DNA from: Phoronis australis
Lineage: Eukaryota > Animalia > Phoronida
Reading direction: 5' to 3'
Length of the DNA: 64,000 bases
NCBI GenBank assembly: GCA_002633005.1
Contig: NMRA01000017.1
Span: 1,236,706 to 1,300,705, forward strand
The translations under genes were made by a program, and so were the position numbers. The notes under the pieces are model-generated. The model made no database searches. It had not been told where the DNA came from and saw nothing but the letters and a program-made list of their open reading frames with translations. Below are positions 39,401 to 52,464 of the stretch, in pieces (position 1 is the stretch's first letter; each line of letters begins with the position of its first letter).

Positions 39401-42400
39401 TTGTTGTTTTATTTACCGATTTATATTCTTCATTTCACGAAACAATAGTATCCTTGGGAGGATCTGGATCGCCTTATTTAGTTTCAGATATATTTTCTAC
39501 GTTATTTGTTAACAAATGCATGTTTTTGAATGTTAAATTCTTGTTCTAAATATTATCTAGATTTTAATGAATGACATTTTTCAATCACTGTAATATTGTA
39601 AGTTCTTACTAAATGCTGCTATTGTGTGACCACAGGAGCAGATGATGCTGCCATAGATAAGATAATACAACAACACAACAAGCAGGTGGAGCAGTTGCAG
39701 AGTGAACATGAACAAAACCGGCTGGACCAGGAAGAGAAATTTAAAAGACAGCTCGCCAAGAGGCGCAGGGAATGGGCGCAACGACGGGAAGACGAAAAGA
39801 GTGAACAAGGGAAACTCAGAGAACATGATGCCAAAGTGATTCAGTAAGTTGTGAATTCCCTTTTTCTGTCAAGGCTTGTGTGGTTGAAGTTCAGTGTTAT
39901 TCAGTGAGTTCTGAATTGTGAGATAAACTGTTTGTGTTACTCCGGCCATATTTGCAGGACATGAAAAGCATGGCATAGTTAGCAACCCGTGACTGATATT
40001 TGTTCATTTCAGTCATCATAAGCACATGATCATGGTTAATGTGCTGATAATGGTGTATTAGACTCATCTTCAAGAAAGTTAACTAGTTGATTGAATTTTG
40101 CTTTTAAAGAATGATGTTGAAGTGTTATCGGTGATTACTTCTAAATTTGACTATTTTTCTTCTTGTTTTCTAAAGATGGTAAGTTTCTATCGACACTCAG
40201 TGTGAGAGGGGAAGGGATTGCATTATTATTTGTACATTTGTTGCATGAATGTGGCTGTTACAGTAAACATATAATTTTGGGAAATGTTGAACCATGTTGC
40301 TTGAATTTTATTGTTGCGCTAGTTTCATTAATGTCTTTTTGTTTTGCTATGTGACCAAACACTGAATCGTAATAAGATATTATTATGAGTGGTCTAGTAA
40401 AGCCTTGTTGAAAATATTTGATTTTTTTCAAAGAAAAAAAATCTAGTGTTGGGCATTATATGCATATTAAAATGGTTTAAATATCTACTAACTGTTAAAA
40501 TTACTATTTTCAGTCTTTACTGATAACGTTAGTCAAATTTGGTGATTGATCAAACAAATTTGCTCAGTAGTCCAAGCTTTGCATTGAGTTCTTCACTTTA
40601 AGTGTTTCATTGCCTTTACTGTTAGACTATCCTCTATCTCTCTGTAAACTGTACTCAAACAAGCCTACACTAATGCGTTTCTACCACTATTTGACAGCAA
40701 CCTTATTGGCAACCAAGTTGCCATGTCTGAAGATGAGCGAGACCGCATCCTACAGGAACACGAGAAGCAGATGGTGAAATTAGAAAACAACCTGACACTC
40801 AACAAACTGCAGCAGCAAAGGATGCTGGGTGAAAAACTGGCTGCTAAGAAAAAGCAACAGATGGAGAAGTTGCAGAAAAAACAAGTGACTGAAATAAAGG
40901 TGAGTGTCGTCTGCCTTTACTTCTTCTAGGTCAGATTTAATTTTTTTTTCAACTTGGCTCAAATTGATAAACCTTCAGTTATCATAGACATATGACCATA
41001 TGGTAAAAACGTACGTCACAAGGCCGTTTCCAGAGGTGAAAAGGAGACCGAAATTGACGCAATGTGGTCATTTATTATGATAAAATAGAAGTTGAAAGAG
41101 TGGGAATGAAAAATAATATTGCTTAGCTACAAGTTACACTGCTGCTTTTTTAGAGCGTAAGTGTTGGATCAGAGTACATATCATTTCCTACACAAATCAA
41201 TACTAAGAACAGGTATTCTATTGTCTTTCTTGTATGGGTATGGTTGCATAACCTGTCTCCTCTAAGTTTGGTCAGTTGAGTGCACAGTGAGTGACCGATC
41301 TTGTGATCCCAACATATGCGTTGTGATGGTTTTCTATTCAAGCATGAAAGACGACTCTAGCTAAAACGTGTACTCACTGTGATTGCATTGTTGGGTCGAC
41401 TAGTCACTCATTTCTGTAACTATACCTTTGGAGGCTCAGAAAAAGAGTCACTGTTTTTGTGATAAATTACTGTTTGTTCACAACTTTCCTATCATTGGTT
41501 ATTTAATAGAACACATTAATAAAATCAAATGTATTGAACATACTATCTAGTGTGTTTTTGAAGTGACTGAAGTCTTGGCATATCTTGCCAAATCACTCAT
41601 TTTTTGCATTTTTCGTCATTGTTAGGATAAGAGCTCATGAGAAGTGTTCTGTATTCGCCATAAATGAGTACAAACAGCTTGCGTCTGTGACTTAAGTGAA
41701 CCAGCCATGCGACCCCAAATATGTGTTCATGTAAACACGTTTTATGGATTGTAGAAACAAGAAAAGTCTCAGGCACGTAATGTAGATGATGAAGATGAAG
41801 ATGAGCAACACACGGCCACGCTGGAGTTGCTACGGAAACAGGCTCAGCAACGACTGGATCTACTGCACGGGCAGACGGTCGACTACACACAGGAGTTGGA
41901 AAATGTAAGTGGAACTAGAAGCCGCTGTCAGTAAACGAATGCGTGTTGTTAATGTGTTGGCTATTCCAAACTATTTATTGCTAAGGCAGACAAATGATGG
42001 CTTGATGGCAAAAAGTAACCAATAGCGTGTCTGTGATATGATTAAAGTAACTTTGTCATTCAGATGCTCAAAGTCCATTAGGTGGCGTTAGTGAAACAAC
42101 TGTCCTATCTGACTAAATGGATGCGATTTGGTAGTCATATGGGACTGCTTTATACCATGGTCATGCAATCTAAGCTTTCTTTTCTTGCTGTATTTAGATT
42201 GTGAAGAGAATCCTGACTTCACTAGCACGACCTAATGAAAATTGATTCCATCATTACACTGCACATGAATTGTCTCTCAAGAAATGTATAAACACATGAA
42301 TTATTTTACATACAAAATGATACTTGCTGATTTCCAACTAATGCTATCAGGGGAAGGATTGAAGCCAGAGTCTACATGATCAGCAAATTAATTATTATCA

Positions 42401-45400
42401 TTTAGTCATTTCTGAATAGTCTTTGTTTTAGACAGTTGTGTTTTGTGTATCTAGGTCAAGGATGAAATGATCAAGGAACGTGCCATATCTCTGAAGGACC
42501 AAGAAGACAGACTGGGAGCCATGATGGCTAACTTACAGCTGGAGAAGGCTAGAGAGGTAGGAGAGTTACAGGGAATAAGGGATGAACTCACTAAATGTTC
42601 GATAGGTATTGTGAAAAAAGTACATATTCACACAAAAACCATGCTTGCAGTAGTGCATTTTCATTTAAAAAACAAAAATTGAATTAGACATTATAGCCTT
42701 AAGAAATCAGTCTCATAATATTTCTTACAGTGGTAGAATTGCCTTTCCATTATCAAATCAACTCATGGGTACTGCGTACATGCGTCATTTTCAAATTTGC
42801 AATTTTATGCTTGACCAACCCCAATAAACTCTGAAGTGTTTTCATGAGTCGTTGAGGATTTTGGTGTTCTTATTGGTAACTGAAATGGAATCATGTCACA
42901 GAAAGAACTATTATAAGACCGATTGTATGAGAGGAAAATGCCTAATAAATCAACATTCCGACTTCATTGGCCAATCACTTCTAATCAGTGATGGCCATTT
43001 TGATAGGTTACTCTTAGTAATTAGGTCTCGAGCATATGAAACACTGGCCTTTCTCTCAAAACGTGATTTTGCATGGTCTTACGTCATCACACTTTTCTCA
43101 TAAGAAACTTGGTCTACGGAATGCATCTCAGTTCTTTTAATTGTAATAAGTGCATTGCAGAAGCTTTCATTGATAACCAGCTAAACTACCTGTTATTACT
43201 TTCCCTATTTAGATGGCAAAGATTGAAGAACAGCAAAAAGCCATCATTGATTTGAAAGCAAATTTGATGGAAGATCTGAATGACCGAGGTGTCCTCAGTG
43301 ACCCTCAGTGTAAAAAGGTCATCGACAGGCATCATGAGGTTTGTGCGATTACTAATAAATATGTTGGTTTGTACCAGTGCTGTCCTAATTGTTTAAAATT
43401 TTACGAATGTATGTAAATGATTGCTTTTGAGGTATGGAGTTTTTGTGAAATGTCTTCGTAATGTGGATGTGCTGTACTGTAACTCTTTAAATGCTTTTCT
43501 CAGGAAACAGAAAAATTGAATGCCAAGCTGGACAACCAGAGGGCTAAGCAAGAACAGGTAAAGGATTTTGACTCATACTTTAAATATTGCTTGGAGATCA
43601 GTTGTCAAAAACATTTCTGTAGGCTCAAAAGTCTATTTACTAAGTTTAACTCTGAATCTTGTGGTTTCACCCCCTAGTGGTGTATTTATTTAACCAGCCC
43701 GCAAGCCCACTGCTCGTTTCAGTCAATCCCACAATTCACCAATTTCCTGTTGCAGGCATTGAAAAAGAAGCTGGAACAGAAACTAGAGCAGCGCGAGAAC
43801 ACCATGCTGCAGATGCAAAAATCACAGCTCACTGCTTTGTTGGAGAATGCACCCAACAAGACTGCAGCCAAACTCCAACAGATGGCACTGATGCATAAAC
43901 AGAAGAAGGAAGCGGAAGAGTTCAGGGAGCGTATGACAAGACAGATCAACCAGAATGTCCAGGAATTGCGGCGACAACAGGAAATAAAGAAGAAGCAAGT
44001 CCTCCAGGAAAAGGTAAATGTGATTCTAGAGATTAAGAAAAAATATACTCAATATGTTAAGTACTGTCAGCAGTTACATATTATAAAAAATTATTGCAGG
44101 TGGTCTGGTTCATGTACCAGATGTGTGCAGGCTGCACATGTGGACCCATTGCTTTGATCACCTGGAACCATTTTTATGCTTTATTAATATATAGTTAAAA
44201 CCTAGCTGAGGAGCTAGAAACCTGACTCAAGGGCCATGCAAAGGTCTAGCAGTGTGGCCCAGTGGGACTCGAACCCCCGACCTTGAGTAAAGAAAACAGG
44301 CACCTATCACACTAGGTCACACTGCCTCCTCTAGCAGTTACAAAGCCTTAGGCATTACACTTGCAATTACAGTTTGCCGACGTGAGTGCACTACATATCC
44401 ACAAGCTAGAAAACACAACTTGTTCTTAACCTCAGATTAATTACAAGAAAATTATTTTAGTTGCTAAGCTTGTTTGTGTTGTTACAGTTTTTAAACTTAA
44501 AAGTGTTATTTTTCACATGTAAAGGGTTGTAATCAACAAGTCATCTCGAAAATATAATTCATTTATCTTGAGATTAGTTGCGCTATAACACAAACTTAAA
44601 TATCTCAAGTGTGCATCTGCTTTTAAGTTATAAACTCGAAAAGTTTCACTTATATTAAATCATTAGTAAGCAGTGTGTTCCAGTGGGATAAATGTTCGCT
44701 TCCTATACCCAAGGTCTTGGGTTCAAGTCCCACTGGGACTTACTGCTAGACCCTTGAGTCACGTCTTTAGCTTCTCAATTTAGTAGTTACTATATAGTAA
44801 TAAAGCATAAAAATGGTTCCAAGTGACCAGGGCTATTAATGGGCCTACCATAAAGATTGTACTTTGATAAACATTTTTTTCTTTGTATTACAGGAGTTAC
44901 AGTTTATTGCTGGCTTGGTCCGTCTTGGACATCTTAAACGTGACGAACTTGTCAATGTTCTTGGACTGTTATTTCCTGACCGCTCTAATGATGAGTTGGA
45001 GGCTATTCTCAAGAAGATTCATGTTGAGCAGAATGAAGAGATCGATAGTGATGAAAATGACACGTAAGTTGTGTTGGGACAACCATTGGCAGATTTAGGG
45101 GATAGGGGACTCAACTCTGGAAATGACTAGAACACTTCTGAGCATGCAATTTTCTGGGCTGCCATGGATAGTCTTTCAAAAATTGTGGTTGTCTCCATTG
45201 CGACACCCTGAATCCTCCTGTGATAGCAAGGAAGGTTTTATTGATAGTAATGGAGCACTAAACAAAATTAATGTCTGTTGAGACTGAGTTGAAGTCCTGT
45301 GTTGCCAATGCTCTTGATTTGGCAAGATTTTATTGTGTGGTTAGATTGACAGTCATGTTGGCTTTGCTATCAATTTATTTTGACGATGTGTTTGCAAAGC

Positions 45401-48400
45401 AAGACCAAGGCTTGTCATTGTCATCCTTTTAAGGTGTTACCTATTGTACATCATATTTTGCTTTACACATCCGCTACTTTACAGGGTGTCCCAAAACATT
45501 TTGTCAGTACAATGTCTGTGGCGGGGCTTGCTGTATGCAGGTTAAACCTTGCTGTAAAAGTTTTGAGGAAAATGTATCATGCAGTTCTTCTTGAAACTCA
45601 TAAACGTCAAAAGTGTACAAAATGATGTTTAATTAATTCGTACAAAACATAATGGTCATCAAAATAATCCAGAAAAGAAAAAAATTGAACCTTGTCACTT
45701 TTCTGTAGAAGCCAAAAAGCTAAAATTTGATGTACTCAAAATCCAGAAAAAAATGTTATTACTCATTCCGACATAAGAAAATCAACGATCAGCTGTTAAA
45801 AAATAAAACACATCGTAAAATAAAATTAATGCGTTTCAAAAAAGAATCCAGAGTGCTTAATGATTAAGAGGTGTAATTCATGTAAATTTCATATTTTTGT
45901 GAAAGGTCCCTTTACAAAGTCATTCCTTATTTAATCACCTCTCTATGAATTCAAATCCAATAGGCCAATTATTACAAAGTCAATAAACAACACAGTTATT
46001 GTCACTTGAAGTGTGAGTACATTTTGGATTACTCCATATTCTATGTTTTTAGTGCCTAATTATTTGTAGTGTTACTGTCATTGTGTTTTGACTTCAGGTT
46101 GCAAGCCAGCTCAGCTAGCATGTTAGAATCTCGAATAAAGAGTGCTCGACTGAGCCGAGTGAAAACAGACCACACGGATACTCCAGAGACTCCTCCTAAA
46201 AGGTAACTTGACTGTTTCTGTTACTTTGTTTTGTGCTTGATGTTTTGACATCAAGCACTGGGCATCCATTGGTAACCTGGCTTTGAATCTTTGGCAATGA
46301 AAACTTAAGGTCAAACGAATCAGTTGGAAGTAGTTGTCATGTAGGCAATAGGTGGCGTTTTTGTGTTGATTGGAATTTGGGCCAGTCACACTTTTGAAGC
46401 AGCTTCCATGTTTGTCCCTTAATTCATTCCGCTTCAGAAAACCAAGCAATGCACTCCATGGCTGTTCAAAGTGGTCAGCTTTGCAAACATTTTGGTCTAT
46501 TTCATGAACAGCTTTCTCAACTGACGTTCCAGTTTATTGCCTCATGAATTTAGTTAAACTGAATACTCACTTTCCGAGAATTTCTCCTTTTACGTCAACA
46601 AAATTCTTCGTCTGTCAACTGTTTCCTTTGCACAAATCTGTACCTGGAAAAATATGTTAATTGAATTAATGTTAGATTTTGTGATGACAGAGTAAAGAAT
46701 TTGTACCAACTGGAAAATCTGTTTGTTGGTGAATCCAATGTCCTGGCGCTGGATTGAAACATACAGAAAAAGTAATTCTTGTCTGTTACCCGGGTTTGTG
46801 TACTTATGTGTCAGGCTACCCAAACAACACGGCTCACACACTCATGAACCTAGCTCTGCACTCTTGAACACAGTTCGTCGCTCTGTTAGCTCAGTTTACT
46901 GAGTCACAAACATGGTCTCGCATGGTAAGCCATGCCTTTTGAGTGGGTAAGCCATGTTGTACGAGTGTGGTGCCAAGTTTTGCAGTCAGTGAGCTAAATT
47001 TACAGGTCTGTGAGCCGTCTTCATAAGTGTATGAGCTGTGTTGTTTGGAAGCCTGAGTGTGTTGAATCCCTGAAACGACCGTGTCAAGTTCAAAAATATA
47101 AACCCTGTGTGCATAAGGACTTCAACTTGTATGAGGTGAATAAAAATGGGTTCTCCGATGTCACATCTCTCTTGTTGTTTGATCGTCATTTGAACAGCGA
47201 CCATTATGTAATACTGTCTTGTTAAGTTTTGTTAAACAGTTGTTATCAATTTAGATTCTAGAAATTTATGTAGTCGGTAGTATACGTTATAAAATTTTTG
47301 GTTGCAGGAAATGCTATGAAGTAGTTACAAGATTGCATTACAAAGTTTAATATGCTGCTAGGAGTGTAACCTTGATACTATCAACCACACTCTAAATCAT
47401 CGCTTTTTTGCGTTTCATAATTCTAGTTAGTAATTTGACCTACTTCTTTTCATCAGTGGAAAAGAACGGTTGCTGTTGGAAGGTGCTGTGACCCCCAGTA
47501 GCGTTGAGGTCACCAAAATGTGAACCAATCCCCTGTAAGCATCATAATTTGTGCCTACCCTTTGTAACTTGTCTTGCACTCCCACTGGATATCTGTACTA
47601 ACGATTTTTGCATTTTTTGTCTGTGACCTCTGTTACTGGATGGTTTAAGGTTATGTAGGACCTTATCAACGAGTCTGAGTGTTGAAACAAAGAGCCACAA
47701 AACTATAGATCTTTAAGTCTGTAAAAGAGTATATTTTCATTGAAAGTAGAAAGCCTGTAGAACTTATTTTTTGAATTTCTACAAAATCTGCAATTATTTG
47801 TGTCAAGTGCTAAAATAAAAAAAGAAAGACACATTCATAAAAAAATAACGACATCAATGACATGGTGAAATTTCTTTTGACATCAATGTTCAAGGTGAAA
47901 TCTTTCACAGTTACAGTTTTCTGAGTTCGTTTTATCCAACTTTTAAGTTTTTCATAAAAAGCATAAGGTGGAATATTTGAAAAACAATTCTTAACATCAT
48001 CTTTGGGAACAGTACATAAAGTGTAGTTGATAGTATGCAAAACTTTCATGTCAATCCGATGAGATGCTGATATGGTGTTCCAAAATCCACCGAATTTGGA
48101 CATTTTTCAGTTGGGGTCCTACATAATCTTAGTAAGTTTTGTTGATCCTATGTGTGTGAGTTTGTCCTGAAGTGATCTCTGAGCTCTATTGTCAACCCAC
48201 TGCTGGTCTATACCTTAAGTAGATGGAAATTTGTTTTCTTTCACGTGACTGGCTGTAAAATATATATTGCGTGATTCAAATTATTTGTTTTACAATCTAA
48301 GAAAAGTTTTTTCAGTTGTAAAAATGTAATTTTAGTTTTGCAACAGAAACAAAAGCACTCCAACAATGAAAAGTAGATCGAAATAAAATATTTCACTGAC

Positions 48401-50643
48401 CGACATAACCCATCTGATGAGAGTGATCGAGAGTCAGATGAGGGGAATCAAATGTTTCAAGGTTGAAGAAAAGGCAACTATGATTCAAAACATGGGAACA
48501 ATATAACCTTTACGTGGATTTATATACAATGGTTATGTCACAGTAGAATAGTCCACCAAGTTCACATTCAAACTGAGATGCTTAGCTTTGTCCTTAAACA
48601 CATCTTGACTGTCCAATCACATGTCAATACACTGAACTTAGTTCTTATATAGCTAGTCCGTTGTTACAGTGCTTTAGCCTTGTTCAAATAAAATCCACAA
48701 AGTAATGTATAGTGACAACTTTTGATATCGAAAGCACCATCCTTTATCTTTATAAAGCGGCATCAAAATCTATCATTTTATTCACAGGTGAGCAGTGGCT
48801 ATTTGTAATGCTTGGAATTGTCAAATTCATCAAATTGGCTTGCATGGATTTCTCCATTGATCCATCAGGCTGTTTACTGGTTACATAAATGCAATAGACT
48901 GGATTTGTTCTGTAGCACTACGTAATTGGTGAAACATTAAAATATCAGTGCCTGATTGCATGAAACAGTCCTGGGAGCTCCACTCAATTTCCTAAATCTA
49001 ATCTGTGTAATTACTATGTCACATTGTTCTTCCATTTTATCTGTGTAATGTATAGTTTGATTAATGACACTTTATAATGTATATCTGAAAACTGAGACAT
49101 TATTTTATTGAAAATAAATAGGGACTTAATCCTAAGTTAAATTAAGAGCGTTGCATGATTAGCTCCCTATTTATTATCAGGTGAAATTTAACCAAGAGTA
49201 CTATGTCAAAGCCAAAAATTAGTAATGCAAATAAAACCTCATTAGAAAGAACATCTGGTGTTTTCACAACTCCACAAAATTAATGTGCTGAAAAGTCAAG
49301 GAACATATTAGTCGAGTGCCTATTCGGGACTGTTTGATGCAACTGGTCACCAGCACTTTGAGTGGAAACAGCTTCTCTTGAGTTATCAACAAAGACTGTA
49401 ATAAATAATCATTCTTTCTACTTTCACAAAATTAAAGTGTACTGCACAAGTGTTTTCTGTGACTCATGCTGCTGATTTTGTAAGCTTGGTAGTGGCTTCT
49501 CAGGCATAGACCAAGAGAGTGATTATTTATACCATCGTGTTCTACTTTTCAGTTTTTTTGGAGTAACTATTTTAATGTGATAGTATTGTAATAAAATTTC
49601 CATGATCCATGGCTAATAGGTCAGTTTGACCTGACTCCAAACAGTTTGAGATTCAGGGTTGGTGTTTTGACTACACAAACCTTTGAGCAGACTTTTTATG
49701 GTTTGAGTTTTGTGGGATATCTGCTATGGATTGCAGGGCAGTAGTCAGGCAAGCTGAGTGAAACCAACCAATGAAACCAGAAAATGTGCAAACTACCTTT
49801 TGCTGCTTCTAGATGGCGAGGAAAGATGTATTGATCCCACATGTTTCTTAATAATTGTAAAAAGGTCCATAAAGGCAATGATAATGATAACACTGAGTAA
49901 AATGACAATGTGAGATGGTATTATATTAAGTGACTGTCTGTTAACTTAGTCTATTGTCAGCCGGTATTATAAGTGACTGTCTGTTAACTTAGTCTAGTGT
50001 GGTCACTTGTTTCCAAAAATTAGAACATTTGCTGTTTCGTTTATAATTTCGCAAATATTTAACACTTATTTGTTCTAACAGTGATTGGTTGAACTTTCAT
50101 GAAACAGAATGGCTTACTTGACTGCTGCTTTTGGTCGGTAATTGTTCTGTATTTTCTATTAAACCATTATTCTGGTGTCTGTGGTGCATGTTTCATCTGT
50201 GTATTCATTCTTTGGTATATCATTTCAAGTAATGAAATTTGCGTCTTTTCGGTGTATAAATTACTGAGTAAACTTTGTTGACAAAAATAGTTGCATTTAT
50301 AAGTAACTATCATCATAAATCTATGGTAACTTGTTGTAATTTCAGTCTGTAGATGGTGTTGTGACAGTTCAGTTAACATTATTCTGCAAGTTTTCATGGT
50401 TTTATTAGCAGGAAGAAGAAAGGTCGGTTGAGTCAGACACTCAAGAAGCATTACTCAAGAGATGAAGATGCATTTGGTCCCGACATGTCCTTGCCAGCAT
50501 TGGGTTTCAGAAATCTAAATGAACGGCCAGAGCCCGTGGGGGCAGCGTACAACGATGATGACGAGATTGGGGAAGCCAGGCGGAAACTACCTCCACTCAA
50601 ACAGAAGGGCAAAAAGAAACGGAAATCAAAACCTACAGAATAA
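24456..50643 (+). CDS. EVC2: EVC2/limbin-like type I ciliary membrane protein with expanded ectodomain (~1908 aa)
   Basis: Twenty-eight GT-AG exons join in frame: 24456-25877, 26399-26621, 27366-27542, 28165-28406, 28988-29149, 29894-30116, 30830-30954, 31305-31382, 32041-32196 (alternative in-frame donor 32181), 32645-32712, 33224-33301, 33990-34233, 34759-34839, 35602-35712, 36307-36531, 36823-36902, 37676-37908, 38448-38639, 39636-39843, 40698-40899, 41755-41904, 42455-42556, 43213-43338, 43504-43557, 43756-44013, 44894-45063, 46098-46202, 50412-50643. Signal peptide MRHCWMLAVLLLPSFLAVING. The TM segment HGFTALSFFAAAIIAILVVVLIMCLY matches recalled human EVC2 HGLHAAGFFIAFLLSL. SVDESIVCILSSNDKVQTQRDLDRLDILNTIKVDTEIENER matches recalled SLNDQMIDILSSEDPGSMLQALEELEIATLNRADADLEACR. 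A long coiled coil and a basic C-terminus follow. Confidence 0.9.
24984..25448 (+). repeat. Four coding Cys-rich repeats (~38-43 aa) within the first coding exon of EVC2
   Basis: LDNATCIPPSCLHLENNTCIGSKCLNWTSDRC / LENATCIPTYCHNFINGTCLGNKCLNWSEHHC / LKEATCIPRHCIDLVNTSCIGKHCLNWTNDNC / LDNKSCIPSYCVNYRNATCVGLKCLNWTTDRC, read directly from ORF 24432..25916. Confidence 0.95.
32956..33232 (+). repeat. 4 x 69-bp tandem repeat overlapping an EVC2 splice acceptor
   Basis: Unit CCTGGTAATTTTATTGTACTGACTGTCAGGTATATTTCATGTTGGAGTATTATCTTGGCAGGACCATAT starts at 32956, 33025, 33094 and 33163. Confidence 0.95.
44158..44826. mobile_element. Fold-back element with ~165-bp inverted arms, each containing a tRNA-like (SINE-like) sequence
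   Basis: Left arm 44158-~44326 (TCACCTGGAACCATTTTTATGCTTTATTA...CCCAGTGGGACTCGAACCC...CACACTGC). The right arm ~44669-44826 is its diverged reverse complement and has an A-box-like GTGTGTTCCAGTGG and a B-box GGTTCAAGTCC. Confidence 0.7.
47649..48128. mobile_element. TTAA-flanked MITE (Kolobok-like termini)
   Basis: ttaa-GGTTATGTAGGACC...GGTCCTACATAATC-ttag. The internal GAAAGTAGAAAGCCTGTAGAA is shared with ~51425-51445. Confidence 0.7.
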
Positions 50644-51300
50644 TTTCGATTTTACTTTTTAATAGGATTGTATATTAATTGTATTTCATATTGTGTATTT
50701 ATGGATTCCGTTTGGATAGGTCTAGTTTTACATGTAAGTTCAGATCTGTGTAATATGAATTGGTGGAGTGATATTTTGGCAGATGATATCAAAAATGTTT
50801 TATTATTTTCTGAACAGGGTTTTATGAATGTTTAGATTGTTATTGTGCACTGAAGGATACAACCATTTTGGATGGCGTTAGATTTTTAAGACTTATTTAT
50901 TTTTGTGTGTAAATAAGGTTACTTTCTGACAGATGACAGGTTAAAGGGTTTATCATTAAACTTGTCAAATTTAGAGGTGAGATTACAATTTTTGAACAAG
51001 ATCTGTGATAAGTGACGCGAATATTTATTTTAAGGTTCATCTCTGCCAACAGGGTAAATTCATCAACTTAGTTTATGAGAGTTATTACTTAGTGATGTAT
51101 TCATATCTTTTTCTGTCGATCAGTTACATTTCCTTTCTGTTCTAAGGTTGTGTAAAAATATGTTAGCAACAGAAATGCCAAATACGTTATCCTGACATTC
51201 CATATTTTCTAGAATTTTTTTGTACTCAAGTTAATGCTCAAAAATGACTGCTTCAGAGTTTAGCTCTAATGAAAGCAGGAGAAGGTGATGAATACCGTAA

Positions 51301-52159
51301 GGTTATGTAGGACTTAGAAGTGCTACCTTAAAAGGTTAAGTAGGACCTTATTTACAAGTCTGTCGTTTGCCAAATTTGTTGAAATACTAATGATTTTAAC
51401 TAAAAACTAAAGTATAAATTTTCTGAAAGTAGAAAGCCTGTAGAATTTTATTTTTGACAAATCACCTATCTGCTATTAGATAGGTTTGGTATTAGGTAGG
51501 TTATCCAGGTTATTACTGGACTCTGCAATCTTGCTTGGCACCTTATCATCACAGGCCACGTCATGATGATGTTGTCTCAACTGTAGCTTGGAAGCCAATA
51601 ATCCTCAACATCTGGTAGATTTGCCCTGCCTAAACTAGATACCGTAATTTACTACTTGATGAACACACAACTTGCCTGGTTGACATTGTTAGTTCATTCA
51701 GATTTGATAGTCTTTCTGAAACAAACACTCGGGCAGAACATTTTACCCATGATGATGTCTGGTTCCCACAAGTCACAATCGGGTGGGTCACATAATCGTG
51801 TCTTTTTAGTAGTTTAGCTGAAAGGAATGGCACATTTTAGCAAAACAATGGTATCAATAACCCGATCAAATTTTGTTCGATACAAATGTTCAAGATTTTG
51901 AGATTTCAAACACACTACTTCACTTTTTTAAAATATCATTTAGTTTTCTACAACTTCAGATTTTTTAATGAAAATCATAAAAGTCCCATTTTTTTACCCT
52001 CATGCAAAAGTGTAATATTTTAAAAGCAATGCCCAACAGCGTTTTGGAGAACAGTGCACAAAGCATGGTATTCGAAGTGTCATATGAAACCAATCCAATC
52101 GGCCATCTGTGAGCTACAATGTTCTGAAAGGTATCCAAATTTGGGACATTTACATAACC
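51301..52159. mobile_element. Composite or nested copy of the same TTAA MITE family downstream of the EVC2 stop (likely in the 3' UTR)
   Basis: Two left termini (GGTTATGTAGGAC at 51301, GGTTAAGTAGGACC at ~51334) and a right terminus TACATAACC-ttaa ending at 52159. Confidence 0.5.
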
Positions 52160-52425
52160 TTAATATTATGGGCCATACTGTAATTAAGTGCCCTCTTGTA
52201 GTCAAAATGACAAGACTGTTGGCAAGAATATACACAGTGCAAGACTGGCCCAGGTCCTGATGATGTTAATATTTTGTATATTGTAATGTATATTTTGTAC
52301 ATTGTATTCTGAATCCCTGGTAGTTGCAAAACTATCAGAATTCAGTAAGTGACCATTTTGTAAAAAACTCTCATAAAGCACCATGCATGCAATCTATTGA
52401 TCACAAGTTGTAAAATTGTCAGACA

Positions 52426-52464
52426 AATAAAAATGTACCAGTAAAAATTAAGTTTTCATTTATT
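52426..52464. terminator. Facing candidate polyadenylation signals for EVC2 (+) and TMED (-)
   Basis: AATAAA at 52426-52431 on the + strand and TTTATT at 52459-52464 (AATAAA on the - strand) lie between the two convergent stop codons. Confidence 0.4.

Noticed and set aside
44670-44740. tRNA gene candidate (also ~44255-44326 and ~2435-2491)
   Set aside because: A/B-box-like motifs are present, but I could not fold a convincing cloverleaf, and all three lie inside repeat elements.
49922-49997. Short direct duplications (also ~60738-60792 and ~29804-29837)
   Set aside because: Ordinary slippage duplications in introns with no functional evidence.
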